A DNA stretch of 64,000 nucleotides from Octopus vulgaris. Taxonomy: Eukaryota. Position numbers and translations under genes: made by a program. Positions 1-12,015 of the stretch are shown in pieces. Each line of letters begins with the position of its first letter. The stretch's first letter is position 1. The notes beneath the pieces are model-generated. The model saw only the letters and a program-made list of their open reading frames with translations, did not search any database and was not told where the DNA came from. Where the stretch lies: the NCBI GenBank assembly GCA_951406725.2, contig OX597817.1, forward strand, positions 144,336,001 to 144,400,000, written 5' to 3'.

Positions 1-85
1 GAAGGAGCCTTGGATCAATGTTAGAAACCGGGTCTTTTTCTACTGGCAGGAAATCTAAAAATAAAACTGAACAATGACATACCTA
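1..85 (+). mobile_element. 3' end of an R4/Dong-related retroelement
   Basis: GGAGCCTTG...GAAACCGG resembles the 3' UTR of the R4-like LINE at 44222-44250 and is likewise followed by CATAC repeats. Confidence 0.35.
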
Positions 86-95
86 CACACACACG

Positions 96-143
<48 letters not shown>

Positions 144-414
144 CAAAATGGGACGAGAACGCAAATCATCCAGACAGTTAGGTGATACACAAAAGGGACA
201 ACAAAACATCCAGATAGACGAAACAAAGAAAATAAGGACGGATCATTCGAAGTTTTCTTTCCTCAGTCAAGTACCAGATTATCTTCGCAATTTCGGCTGA
301 TTATATATATATCGGAGGTAGACAAAAAAATATAGCAATGGCTAGCGAGAACGCTTGATGCATTTTGGACTTGTTGGGCTTTATCAACGACATGTGCTCG
401 CAGCCAGATGCCTA

Positions 415-465
415 GACGAAAAATTTGCATTGACGAAAAATTTGCATTGACGAAAAATTTGCATT
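415..465 (+). repeat. 3 x 17-bp perfect tandem repeat GACGAAAAATTTGCATT
   Basis: Three identical units at 415, 432 and 449. Confidence 0.95.
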
Positions 466-572
466 TTCGCCTCAGTTATTTAGGAAACCGTGAATATGGC
501 AAATAGTTGTTGAGCAGAATGTAAATCCAGTATATGCAATTGAAGCATCATTTAATTAAGATAGTCTTCTAT

Positions 573-940
573 GGCGCAGGTGCGGCTGTGTGGTTAGAAG
601 TTCGCTTCCCAACCACATGACCCCCGGGTTCAGTCCCACTGCGTGGAATCTTGGGCAAGTGTCATCTGCTATAGCTTCGGGTCGACCAAGGCCTTGTGAG
701 TGGATTTGGTAAACGGAAACTGAAAGAAACCCGTCGTGTATATTTATGCGTGCTCGCGTATGTGTGTGTGTGTGTAGTGTGTGTCTTTGCTCTGTGTTTG
801 TTCACCATCATTGCTTGATAACTGCTGTTGGTTTGTTCACGTTCCCGTATCTTAGCGGTTCGGAAAAAGAACCAGGCTTTAAAAACTCTTCAAGGTAGTG
901 CCCCAGCATGGCCGCAGTCAAATGACTAAAACAAATAAAA
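573..940 (+). mobile_element. tRNA-derived CORE-type SINE
   Basis: A/B-box head (GGCTGTGTGG...GGTTCAGTCCC), TTGGGCAAGTGTC core, internal (TG)n, tail CCAGCATGGCCGCAGTCAAATGACT; many paralogues in the window. Confidence 0.85.
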
Positions 941-1564
941 GGTAAAAGATACACCGTTGAGAGGCAAGATGCTACCGTTTTCGTTCAAGATAAAATCTTT
1001 TAAAGATGGTATATACTTTAGACTTGATAGATAGATGGCTATTTTAAACCAGTGCTGCTTCAGTTGCGCGCAGTGGATTAATAACGAACTTCTTTGAATT
1101 CGGCAGAAACTTCGTACAATGCCAAAACAAAAATAATCAAAGTATGAATGCAATATCTTAGTGATGATGTTTACTGGATGAAAAAGTGTAAGAGGCTTCT
1201 GGCCTCTCGTTTGATGTGCATTCTTGATCAATTATCGCATTCAGTGAAAATGTGTACTTTCGTTTAGGTGAGGGGCTTCCAGTTGAAGAGTTTAAAAAGA
1301 TGGGAATTTTTAGATTCCCCTGCTCTTGTAAATGCAAGTAATTTTGAACGTGGAGTGCACAGCATGAAAGAAAAAAAGTAATGATATTAAAATATTCTTC
1401 TAGTTCAGAAAGAAAGAAAAGGAATCCAAACGTGGCTGAAAAAATATCCCAGCAGTGTCTGAATTTTAAAATTGATCTTATCTGAGAATTTTAATTGTCA
1501 TTTATATCACTTATTTTAATGAAATATTCACACTAAGAGCTTCTGTTTTTTTTTTTTATATTTG

Positions 1565-1740
1565 TCTTTTGTCTTTTAGTTGCTTCAGTTATTGGACTAC
1601 GGCCATGCTGGGCAACAAGTATTTGAAGAGTTTTAGTCAACAGATCGACACCAGTCCCTGTCTTTTTAAAAGTCTGGTACATATTCTATCGGGTTATTTT
1701 ACCGAATCGCTAAGTTACTGGAACGTAAACAAACCAACAT
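1565..1740 (-). mobile_element. CORE-type SINE 3' fragment
   Basis: Reverse complement of the CCAGCATGGCCG...ACTGAAGCAA tail. Confidence 0.6.
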
Positions 1741-1797
1741 ATATATTCATCTAATGCAGGATGGCTACTACTGTAACACGTTATCTCCAGTAATATT

Positions 1798-2612
1798 CTG
1801 TTCTACTCTACTCTAGGCACAAGGCCCGAAATTTTTGAGGAGGGGTGGCAGTCGATTTGAGCGACCCCAGTACGCAACTGGTACTTTATTTATCGACCCA
1901 GAATGGATAGAAGGCAAAATCGACCTCGGCGGAATTTGAACTCAGAACGTAAAGACAGACGAAATACCTATTTCTTTACTACCCACAAGGGGCTAAACAC
2001 AGAGAGGACAAACAAGGACAGACAAACGGATTAAGTCGATTACATCGACCCCAGTGCGTAACTGGTGCTTAATTTATCGACCCCGAAAGGATGAAAGGCA
2101 AAGTCGATCTCGGCGGAATTTGAACTCAGAACATAAAGACAGACGAAATACCGCTAAGCATTTCGCCCGGCCTGCTAACGTTTCTGCCAGATCGCCTTTT
2201 ATTCTTTTTTTCCTTACTACCCACAAGGGGATAAACACAGAGATGACAAACAAGGAAAGACAACCGGATTAAGTCGATTACATCGACCCCAGTGCGTAAC
2301 TGGTACTTAATTTTTCGACTCTGAAAGGATGAAAGGCAAAGTCGACCTCGGCGGAATTTGAACTCAGAACGTAACGGCAGATGAAATACCTATTTCTTTA
2401 CTACCCACAATGGGCTAAACACAGAGGAGACAAACAAGGACAGACAGACGGATTAAGTCGATTACATCGACTCCAGTGGGTCACTGGTACTTAATTTATC
2501 GACCCCGAAATGATGAAAGGTAAAGTCGACCTCGGTGGAATTTGAACTCAGAACGTAACGGCAGACGAAATACGGTTTCGCCCGGCCTGCTAACGTTTCT
2601 GCCAGCTCGCCG
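1798..2612 (-). mobile_element. Nin/Deu-domain tRNA-SINE concatemers (about 4 units in two elements)
   Basis: Repeated reverse complement of GAGTTCAAATTCCGCCGAGGTCGACTTTGCCTTTCATCCTTTCGGGGTCGATAAATTAAGTACC; heads at ~2195 and ~2612. Confidence 0.9.
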
Positions 2613-3192
2613 CTTTTCTCTCCAGTAATATTACATTTAATAATTACCTGTCTCCGACGATTTGACAGCATGCATGGATTACGTGATTTGTAATATTGTA
2701 TACCTCACTAATAATGACCTTATACTAATGAGACGTACGTAAGATAGTGTAATTAAGCATCTTATAAATAACCTCTCATGTTGTTTCCTTTCATGTGTGT
2801 ATGTACCTGTGTATAAACAAAGCCCGCATCGCCCACGTATACATATATATATATAAATGTTATGTTGAAGGTTATCTCTGCAGCGCTTTGTAACTATACT
2901 ACACATTGTATTGTGCAACTTGTATATGATTTCCATTTCAAAAGACACAGATTGATTTTTACGTTATTGCTTGGTTTTTTGATTATTTTTAACACTCCTT
3001 CTTAATGATTATACAGATTATTCTATAACATTGTGACAAAGCCTATGTTGATTAGCTTTAGCAGCTCTTGTATATATTATTTTAACCTCCGAATACATTG
3101 ACTTTGCAGACACAGTTCGAAACTAACTTCAGTACAGAAATACTTTTGTCACCATGCACTGCTGTTAACTTATTATTTTTTTTAATGATAAC

Positions 3193-3945
3193 GTTAGTTA
3201 GTTAGTTAATTTTTTGGCTCAAAAAGCAAAAAGCAAGGCCATGTAGGGGGACATGGAGTTATGTACAGGGTTGTGTTCATGTAAAGAGTTCAGGCCACTT
3301 GAGGTCAAGGGAGACTTTGAACCGAGCGGTCGTCGGCATCTTCACCATATCGTCTGGCAGCTTATTCCACGGATCCGCAACCCGGACGGAGAAAGCCTCT
3401 CTCCTTCGATTGAGATGAAATCGTCGCAGATAGAGCTTTTCGGAATGACCCCGCAGCCGACGCTCTGGAGCAGGAGTGAAGAACAGCTCTTTCGAGAGGT
3501 TACACTTTCCGCTTATGATGTTCTGAGCAAGAATGAGATCTCCACGGCGTCGTCGTTTTTCTAGAGAATAAAGGTAGAGCGTCTTCAGCCTTTCTTCGTA
3601 AGACAAATTCTTGAGACCAAGAACCATGCGGGTAGCCAGCTTCTGGACTCTTTCGATATGCTGTATGTCTTTGAGGAGATAGGGAGAAGAGGCTTGAATC
3701 CCGTACTCCAATATGGGTCTCACCAGCATGAGGAATATGGCTGCTGTGAGCATTCCGAATGACCGTCGAATCTAGAACAGAATTCCGCGTGCTTTGTTGG
3801 CAGCATGGACACACTGGGCCGAAGGCGAAAAGGAGGAATCCACCAAGATACCCAGGTCCTTTACCTGATCGGTCCTTTCCAGCAGCAGACGACCCGGCAC
3901 GAAATCAAGTTGAGTTGCAGGAGGAGAGCCAACAGGCAGATGTAA
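3193..3945 (-). mobile_element. CR1-group LINE, 5'-truncated 3' fragment (ORF2 C-terminus)
   Basis: ORF 3277-3753: LVRPILEYG..IERVQKLATRMV.GLKNLSYEERLK.L.LYSLEKRRRRGDLI..FS.RV...WNKLP; (TAAC)n tail at 3193-3208. Confidence 0.9.
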
Positions 3946-3954
3946 ATATCTTTC

Positions 3955-4102
3955 TTATTTCTTTACTGCCCAAAAGGGGCTATACACAGAGGTGACAAAC
4001 AAGGACAGACAAACGGATTAAGACGATCATATCGATCCCAGTGCGTAACTGGTACTTATTTAATCGACCCCGAAAGAATGAAAGGCCAAGTCCACCACGG
4101 CT
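3955..4102 (-). mobile_element. Nin/Deu SINE 3' fragment
   Basis: Matches the SINE body and tail. Confidence 0.8.
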
Positions 4103-4344
4103 GATAACAACATTAACAGTTTTCTAAGGTTCACATAAACAGCTTCTTGATTTAACATAAATAGCTTTCTAACATCAACATACATTGCTTTCTGATGTTA
4201 AAATGTTGATTTATACCACTCTCTGATATTAACAACGCCCGGTTTCCTATCGATGTACAGCGTTCTTTGATGTTTATATGATCTCCTTTCTGATTTTAGC
4301 ATAGCTTCGTTGTCTGCTGATATACACTGCTCTTTGGTGTTCAG

Positions 4345-4757
4345 TTAGATTAGCTGGCTGAAACGTTAGCACGCCGGGCGAAATGCTAGGCGGTATTTCC
4401 TCTGTCGCTGCGTTCTGAGTTCAAATTCCGCCGAGGTCGACTTTGCCTTTCATCCTTTCGGGGTCGATAAATTAAGTACCACTTACGCACTGGGGTCGAT
4501 TTAATCGACTTAATCCGTTTGTCTGTCCTTGTTTGTCCCCTCTATGTTTAGCCCCTTGTGGGCAATAAAGAAATAGGTATTTTGTCTGTCGCTGCGTTCT
4601 GAGTTCAAATTCCACCGAGGTCGACTTTGCCTTTCATCCTTTCGGGGTCGATAAATTAAGTACCATTTACGCACTGGGGTCGATTTAATCGACTTAATCC
4701 GTTTGACTGTCCTTGTTTGTCCTCTTTGTGTTTAGCCCCTTGTGGGTAGTAAAAAAA
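4345..4757 (+). mobile_element. Nin/Deu SINE dimer
   Basis: Head plus two body units joined at AAATAG|GTATTT. Confidence 0.9.
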
Positions 4758-5325
4758 ATTACCTTTTAATCTTAAAATTATATCACGTGATATCCATCGA
4801 GTAAAAAACTGCGGGGTTAAAAGGAATGGATGGATGAGAAGTTACGTCCACGGGCCTTATAAGGAAACTAGCAGTCTAAATAAATTGAAAATAATCTAAC
4901 CAAAAGTTGAATCAAAGTGTTATAGCTATAATGGACTTCACCTATACTTTACAACTTCTACAGACTCCGCCTGACAATATGATAATTTCAGAGAACTTGT
5001 AATTTTCATAGCGAAATTAAAGGATAACTATTTTCAGTTTGACTAGTAATAATATATTACCTTGCTAATTCCGCTGTGATCACTTAATGCAATGTAATTA
5101 TTAGTATAGAAAAGACCATTCATGTAAGCCATTGGCCCTTAAAAATTCTATAGAGTAAATTTATCTAATTACCGGCGCCTGTCACGTGATATCTATCTTC
5201 ACTTTCACATCTGGAATTGCTGACGGTGTCCCAGGCAGACTTCTTAGATTGGAATTGTTAAAACATCTGACAGATTTGAAATACACACTGTTACACATAG
5301 GAAATATTCCTACAATGGTTATATT

Positions 5326-5917
5326 AAGGCGGCGAGCTGGCAGAAACGTTAGCACGTTCTGATTTCAAATTCCGCCGAGGTCGACTTTGCTTTTCATCCT
5401 TTCGGGGTCGATTAAATAGTACCAGTTACACATTGGAGTCGATATAATCGTCTTAATCCGTTTGTCTGTCCTTGTTTGTCCACTTTGTGTGTAGCCCCTT
5501 GTAGGTAGTAAAGAAATAAGAAACGTTAGCACGCCGGGCGAAATGCTTTGCGGTATTTCGTCTGCCGCTACGTTCTGAGTTCAAATTCCGCCGAGGTCGA
5601 CTTTGCCTTTCATCCTTTCGGAGTCGATTAAATATGTACCAGTTACGCACTGGGGTTGATATAATCGACTTAATCCGTTTGTCTGTCCTTTTTTTTTTTT
5701 TTTGTGTCCTCTCTGTGTTTAGCTCCTTGTGGGTAGTAAAGTAATAGGTATTTCGTCTGTTTTTTACGTTCTGAGTTCAAATTCCGCCGAGGTCGACTTT
5801 GCCTTTCATCCTTTCGGGGTCAATAATTTAAGTACCAGTTGCGTACTGATGTCGATCTAATCGACTGCCCCTTCCCCACTTCCCAAAATTTCTGGCCTTG
5901 TGCCTAGAGTAGAAAAG
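5326..5917 (+). mobile_element. Nin/Deu SINE trimer
   Basis: Three body units; the last carries the alternative tail GGCCTTGTGCCTAGAGTAGAAAAG. Confidence 0.9.
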
Positions 5918-7309
5918 TATATTTCGTAATTACATGGTTTTACTATTTGTTTTACTTCTTATTGCTTAATCATGGGAGGAATAACAGTACGCGTGGTCTC
6001 TTTCAGGGAGGTTTGTGTAGTTTATTTGTATACTTTATTAGTCGTATAGTTTACCTGAAACATTGTAACAATACATTTAAAAGTGATTTAGAAAGCCTCT
6101 TCCATTACAGCGTAAGTTGTAAAAACAAGCGAATAGCAATAAAATATGTAGGTTCACAGTTTTGCTTTATGATTCGATGTTTCTAATGAAGACGCTTGTC
6201 AATAAAAATAACAAAAACTGAAACTGGCTGAGTTTAACTCTTATCTGTACAGATATATGAAATGTATAGGGATGTGCAACATGCAAAGATTAGTAGAGTT
6301 AAATCAATCAGTTAGTGTCGTGCAACTCTTGTCTGTCGTTGATGGTTGGTTTTAACTGCTTAATAAGAACGGCCCCTTTCATTGTCACATTCTCGTTATT
6401 CCGTTATGCGGTTTTGATGCGAACGGTGTTTTCTGACCGATCGGACATTCGTGTAAATATATACCTTTACACAAACGTGCTGCATACACACGGTGCTACG
6501 TTTGTAAAATTCCATGCTTACATCATTTCCGCTTGAGGGAAGATTCTCAGATTCCCACACGCTTACAATATATGCCTTGAATTGTCAACTACCTTGATGT
6601 AAATATGGAAATGTTAACAGGCTTATCCAACGTAAGCCTTTTAACATAGCGAAAAATATCTCACATATAAAGTGAGTTTATTATTATGTGTGTGAAGTCA
6701 TTTGTTCTATTTCAAGCTTGCTGAATTCGTGTATATAACTGTGTAAGAATTCTATCGCGCTATTTTAGTATGTACTTGTGTGTAACTGTGTTTTCGATAC
6801 TAATTACGTTAGGTGTGTGTGAAAGAAAGAAAAGGAGTTTAGCATCTACTGAATAATATTAAATAAAAGCGACATATACATAATCTTTTCAAAAGAACTG
6901 TCATTTACCGTTAAGTGTTGACATAGTTTCTGTTCGATGAATGCCGTGTAAACACCTGCCTCAAATATTATTTTACTACCATATTTAAGTTAACGAGAGT
7001 ATTTCGGTCCGGTGTTGTTTGTTCTGCTTTTAGCAAAGGATTTAACCTTGAATTAACCCTGATTAAAGGGAGCTTTCATCAAAAGCAGTCCAGGCATGGC
7101 CATTGCTTGTTTTTTGGGTATGTCTAAACTTACATTTTCCAAAGTATCTTATTTAGGGCTGACTACGTATACGGTGTAATTTAAGAGAGATTTAGCAGCT
7201 ATTTCTAATTGGTCGAATGGCAATGCAGAATTTCTAAGGTGTGCTCTACGCTCTCGCATGTGTTTGTGTATGTATGTATTTGCGTGATGCTATATACACA
7301 CACACATTA

Positions 7310-7374
<65 letters not shown>

Positions 7375-7377
<3 letters not shown>

Positions 7378-7598
7378 TTACTACCCAGAAGGGGCTAAAC
7401 ACAGAGAGGACAAACAAGGACAGACAAACGGATTAAGCCGATTACATCGACCCCAGTGCGTAACTGGTACTTCATTTATCGACCCCGAAAGGATGAAAGG
7501 CAAAGTCAACCTCGGCGGAATTTGAACTCAACACGTAGCGGCAGACGAAATACGGCTACGCATTTCGCCCGGCGTGCTAACGTTTCTGCCAGCTCGCC
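7375..7598 (-). mobile_element. Nin/Deu SINE monomer next to (TA)n
   Basis: Full head, body and tail on the minus strand. Confidence 0.9.
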
Positions 7599-7929
7599 TC
7601 TATATATATTACCTTTCTATCTATGAGGAAGCCATAACAATCAATAGACGAGGGACAATGGTGTATAATTAAGAGCCAGCATCAATGACAACGATCAATA
7701 GACAAGGGACAATCATATGTAATTAAGAACAAACGGCAAATGCAACATTTGTAATAATTACTAAACGTATGAAGACAATATTTCCAGATAAATCGTTTAT
7801 TTTATTCCTGGACAATTGCAATCAATTAGAGATTATTGAGTTCTCGTTTCTAAACTATGTCTGTGTTAACTGACCGACTGTTTTCCGTGATATATCATTG
7901 CATTTTTATTTACTGCGAATCTTGTAAGC

Positions 7930-8460
7930 CATTGTCTGGTACGGCATCGTTAAAGACGAAACCATCTGTACGTTATCGTGACATGAACGAATATTGCTGA
8001 CTTGTGGAGTCAAGGCAAACTGCTATTGTTGTGTGTAGGACGAATCTGGGTATCAGCCGATAGGCGGCGAGCTGAAACGTTAGCACGCCTGGCGAAATGC
8101 GTAGCCGTATCTCGTCTGCCGTTATGTTCTGAGTTCAAATTCCGCCGAAGTCGACTTTGCTTTTCATCCTTTCGGGATCGATAAATTAAGTACCAGTTAC
8201 GCACTGGGGTCGATGTAATCGACTTAATCCGTTTGTCTGTCCTTTGTCCTCTCTGTGTTTAGGCCCTTGTGGGTAGTAAAAAAAATAGGATAAATCTGGT
8301 TATCAGCCGAGTCCATCGTGAGGATCATTCCATTGTCCGCCTTTGACAAAACAGTGCAGACAGTGTTCCTCTGCCTGGTGGCTATGGCATTAGAGGTTGC
8401 GTGGTGGGCAAGGCTAAAATATTTGAGAGGGATTTCTCGAATAAGCATTAAAATGAAGAA
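7930..8460 (+). mobile_element. L1/Tx1-like LINE ORF2 C-terminal remnant, interrupted by a SINE
   Basis: DETI..IADLW...LL..VGRIW(V/L)SAESIVRIIP..VFLCLVAMALEVAWWARLK reads through once the SINE and one TSD copy are removed. Confidence 0.6.
8062..8290 (+). mobile_element. Nin/Deu SINE with 18-bp TSD
   Basis: AATCTGG(G/T)TATCAGCCGA at 8043-8060 and 8293-8310. Confidence 0.92.
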
Positions 8461-8734
8461 TGGAACTACGAATTGCAAAGTAGTGAAACGTTCGTCAATT
8501 TTTCAGTAGTCGCCACCTACAAAATTAAGAAATGATGATCGATTAAAACAAATGGCGGATTTAAATATTTTGACCACAGACATACCACAGTAAGGATGTT
8601 ATGACAAAGACCGCGAACCATGTGCTTCCATTTTAGATAATCCGGCGACTAAGTCGAAAAAGTTCCTTGTAAATTTACTAAAAGGGAAAATATGCTGAGA
8701 TGTTTCAGTACAGACCAGTTAAACTGCACCGGGG

Positions 8735-8995
8735 TTGGTCTGGTCCGGACCTCTAAGTGAATGGGAACTGAGACGAGGTTACGCGGAGGGTGAAAGTCTT
8801 CGCTCAGAAATGGGTCAACAGGACACAAACCTTGAAAGGTCGAGCTGATGTGGCGAATGTCTGCATCGCTTTCGTCATAACTTATCGTTTGATCGTCGTG
8901 CCTCTCCCCAATTCCGGTTTGGGCAGAGTAGAGCGTCAGCTCTTCCGCTTCGAGCGGAAAGGACGCGTTTAAATGGTCAAGCGGTCCATTTGTTA
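8735..8995 (+). mobile_element. L1/Tx1-like LINE post-RT (thumb) remnant
   Basis: GPDL...EVTRRVKVFAQKWVNRT..LKGRADVANV.IA.VITYRL.VVP.P....RVER.LFRF..KGRV.MV.RSIC. Confidence 0.65.
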
Positions 8996-9101
8996 TTAGA
9001 ACCCTTTAGATGATACAGGCACACCGTTGGAGATATTCACTCCTCGCTTTGTAATTATTATGCATCTCTTCTAGCTCCAGTGGCTAACAGAGAAAATATT
9101 A

Positions 9102-9111
9102 TTATTACTAT

Positions 9112-9163
<52 letters not shown>
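9102..9163. repeat. (TAC)n microsatellite
   Basis: Direct reading. Confidence 0.95.
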
Positions 9164-9332
9164 GTGTTCAATGTTGATGCTATTGATTAAAAATTGATTT
9201 CTTACTCGAGTTTTATTATGTGAGTCATCAGAATAATGAAGTGAATGAAAAATTACACGCACTTTGAGTTTCTCTCAGTAGCTTCAGCTGTTCCGGGGAT
9301 GCAATGTACATTCTCACTCTCTCTCTCTCTCG

Positions 9333-9371
<39 letters not shown>

Positions 9372-9559
9372 GCCAATCCAGAAACCGGTCCACGTGAGTC
9401 CAAATACTTGGATGTATGCTGAGACGTTGTCTTGACCCGTTTGCCTTCGGATGGTTGATTTCTGTTGTTATTATCAGTGTATTTTGGCGATTTAAATAAG
9501 AGTTTTGACTGTTATTTCCAGCAGGTAAACATACCTAGTATGTCCTTTGATTAATTTTA

Positions 9560-9590
<31 letters not shown>

Positions 9591-9639
9591 TGTATGTATG
9601 TATGTATGTATGTATGTATATATGTGTGTGTGTGTGTTT

Positions 9640-9845
9640 ATGCCTTTATCCGCCACACTGCTTTATAACTGGAGTTAGTTTGTTTACGTTCTCCTAACGT
9701 AGTGGTTCGACAAAAGAGACCAACAGAATAATTACAGGCTTAAAACAGGTACTGGGGTCAATTTGTTCGACTTAAAGCCTATTAAGATTGTGCCCCAGTA
9801 TGGTTGCAGAGCAGTGACTGAAACAAGTGAAAGATAAAAGATACT
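9640..9845 (+). mobile_element. CORE-type SINE 3' half
   Basis: GGTTCGACAAAAGAGAC...GCCCCAGTATGG...GACTGAAACAAG tail. Confidence 0.7.
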
Positions 9846-9862
9846 TTACAACGCTTACCATG

Positions 9863-9925
<63 letters not shown>

Positions 9926-10087
9926 GTGTGTAATGAGGTACGCTAAATGTGATTCAAATATTTTAGCGGGAAGAAAGGGTCACTGTATACTATACACCGT
10001 TTGAGAATAAAAAAAAAATTTAAAAAACCTTTTATTTAAGCAATAATAAATCTCTGAACGAGACGTAAACAGTAGTAGCACGGAATC

Positions 10088-10526
10088 GTGAAGTATATTT
10101 GCCGCCTAAATGTGGCTGACCCATAGGGGACAATGCTACTGTTGTTTATCTAATCCAGCTGGCTAACGACACCCTGTCTGTGTTCGATTAGTATTTGCAA
10201 AAGGAGATCATCGTTCCCATCCCTAGCTTTACATGATACACACGGACCCGTCACTGGAAAAAGTATATAGTATTTTGTGTTTGGAATCAGTTCTCATTCC
10301 CAGCTGGTGATTGTCACATGTTGATGACGGGTTACTATCCAGAAACCCGGGTCTGTGTGTATCACGTAAGGCTGGAGATGGGGACGATGATTTCCCTTCG
10401 CAAATACTGATCGGATACAGACAGTGTGTCGTTAGCTAGCTGGAGGAGATGTCTTCCTGGGGATATAAACAACAGTAGCATCGTCCGCTATAGGTCCGCC
10501 ACATTTAGGTGGCAAATATACTTCAC
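10088..10526. repeat. Fold-back element with ~165-180-bp inverted arms
   Basis: 10088-10250 is the diverged reverse complement of 10348-10526 (GTGAAGTATATTTGCCGCCTAAATGTGGC / GCCACATTTAGGTGGCAAATATACTTCAC). Confidence 0.9.
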
Positions 10527-10620
10527 AACTTTTATTTAAGATAAATTATAAGAAAATTAAAGTTACAATTATTTTAAGATGCACTTTAACATGACATTGA
10601 TATCAGAAGATGGGTAAGTA

Positions 10621-10630
10621 GTCATCGTCG

Positions 10631-10678
<48 letters not shown>

Positions 10679-10870
10679 GCGTCGTCGTCGGCGTCATCAT
10701 CATCATCATCAACATCATCAGCGTCGTCGTCGTCGTCGTCGTCATCATCATTATCTTCAGCGTCGTCGTCGTCATCATCATCATCCTCATCATCAGCCTC
10801 ATCCGCATCATCATCCGCATCATCATCATATTCATCATATTCATCATCGTCGTCGTCGTCGTCGTCGTCG

Positions 10871-10906
<36 letters not shown>

Positions 10907-11092
10907 GGTCGTGCTTACTGCACGGATCGCCGTGACTCATTCTCTCCTGTCTGTTCGGCCCACCATTACACGAAATAGGTCTTCTCCGGTGAACTCAATA
11001 GTCCTCGCTCTGTTGTTTTATGCAGACTTGATGTAGTCCATCAGTATTTGCCCGCCCATGCTCCAGTTCTCATAGAAAAACGTCGCTGATTC
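10621..11092 (-). mobile_element. RTE-like LINE 3' fragment whose (GAT)n tail has expanded into a compound (GAT/GAC)n tract
   Basis: Minus strand EHGRANT..EDL...M..IRAVSTT, followed directly by GATGATGAT. Confidence 0.5.
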
Positions 11093-11623
11093 TATTAAAT
11101 AAGGATAACCGTTTTCAATAAAATACTGTTACGTGCTATATTGAAATATTACTATAAAGTGTTAAAGAAAAATATTGAAAAATATTGAAAATTATTCTGG
11201 ATATTCATTTAATTTTAGTGAACTTCAAGAGGTATAAAGTTTTGAAGCTTTATTGCATTTTTTAAATGTAAATAACGAAATTTGGTGTTAGCAATGGTGG
11301 TGGTGGTGGTGGTGGTGGTGGTGGTGGTGATGGTAGTGGTGGTGGTGGTGGTGGTAAAAGTAGCCAATCTTCCGATTGAATCAAGATAACTATGCTTCCA
11401 TAGGTTTTTTCCATTGCTGATACCATCTGTCGGTCGCAAATAAGCGAAATAAAATACCGATAAAAGTAGATTAACAGCAAAATAATATAAGCCAAAAATA
11501 ATATTATATTAAAGAGTTAATTGAAGGAGAAAAATGTATAAGATATTTGTGTGTGTGTGTTTATGAATGTATGTATATTATACATAAGATATAATATTCA
11601 TATATAATATATATGCATGTATA

Positions 11624-11685
<62 letters not shown>

Positions 11686-11714
11686 CATACATACATACAT
11701 ATATATATATATAT

Positions 11715-11791
<77 letters not shown>

Positions 11792-11964
11792 CCGATGACT
11801 TATCGAGAAAAAACAATTATATAAGTTTAGGAAAGCATACATCTATACTCACACACACGCACAAACTTTTATAGTATATATATATATATATATATATAAA
11901 TGTGGGTGTGTATAGATATGTTTATATATATATATATAAACTTTGAATATTTTACATATGTGTA

Positions 11965-12015
<51 letters not shown>

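Noticed and set aside
945-1310. Possible hAT transposase C-terminal remnant (RLGEGLPVEEF)
   Set aside because: Only a short motif amid stops; insufficient to call
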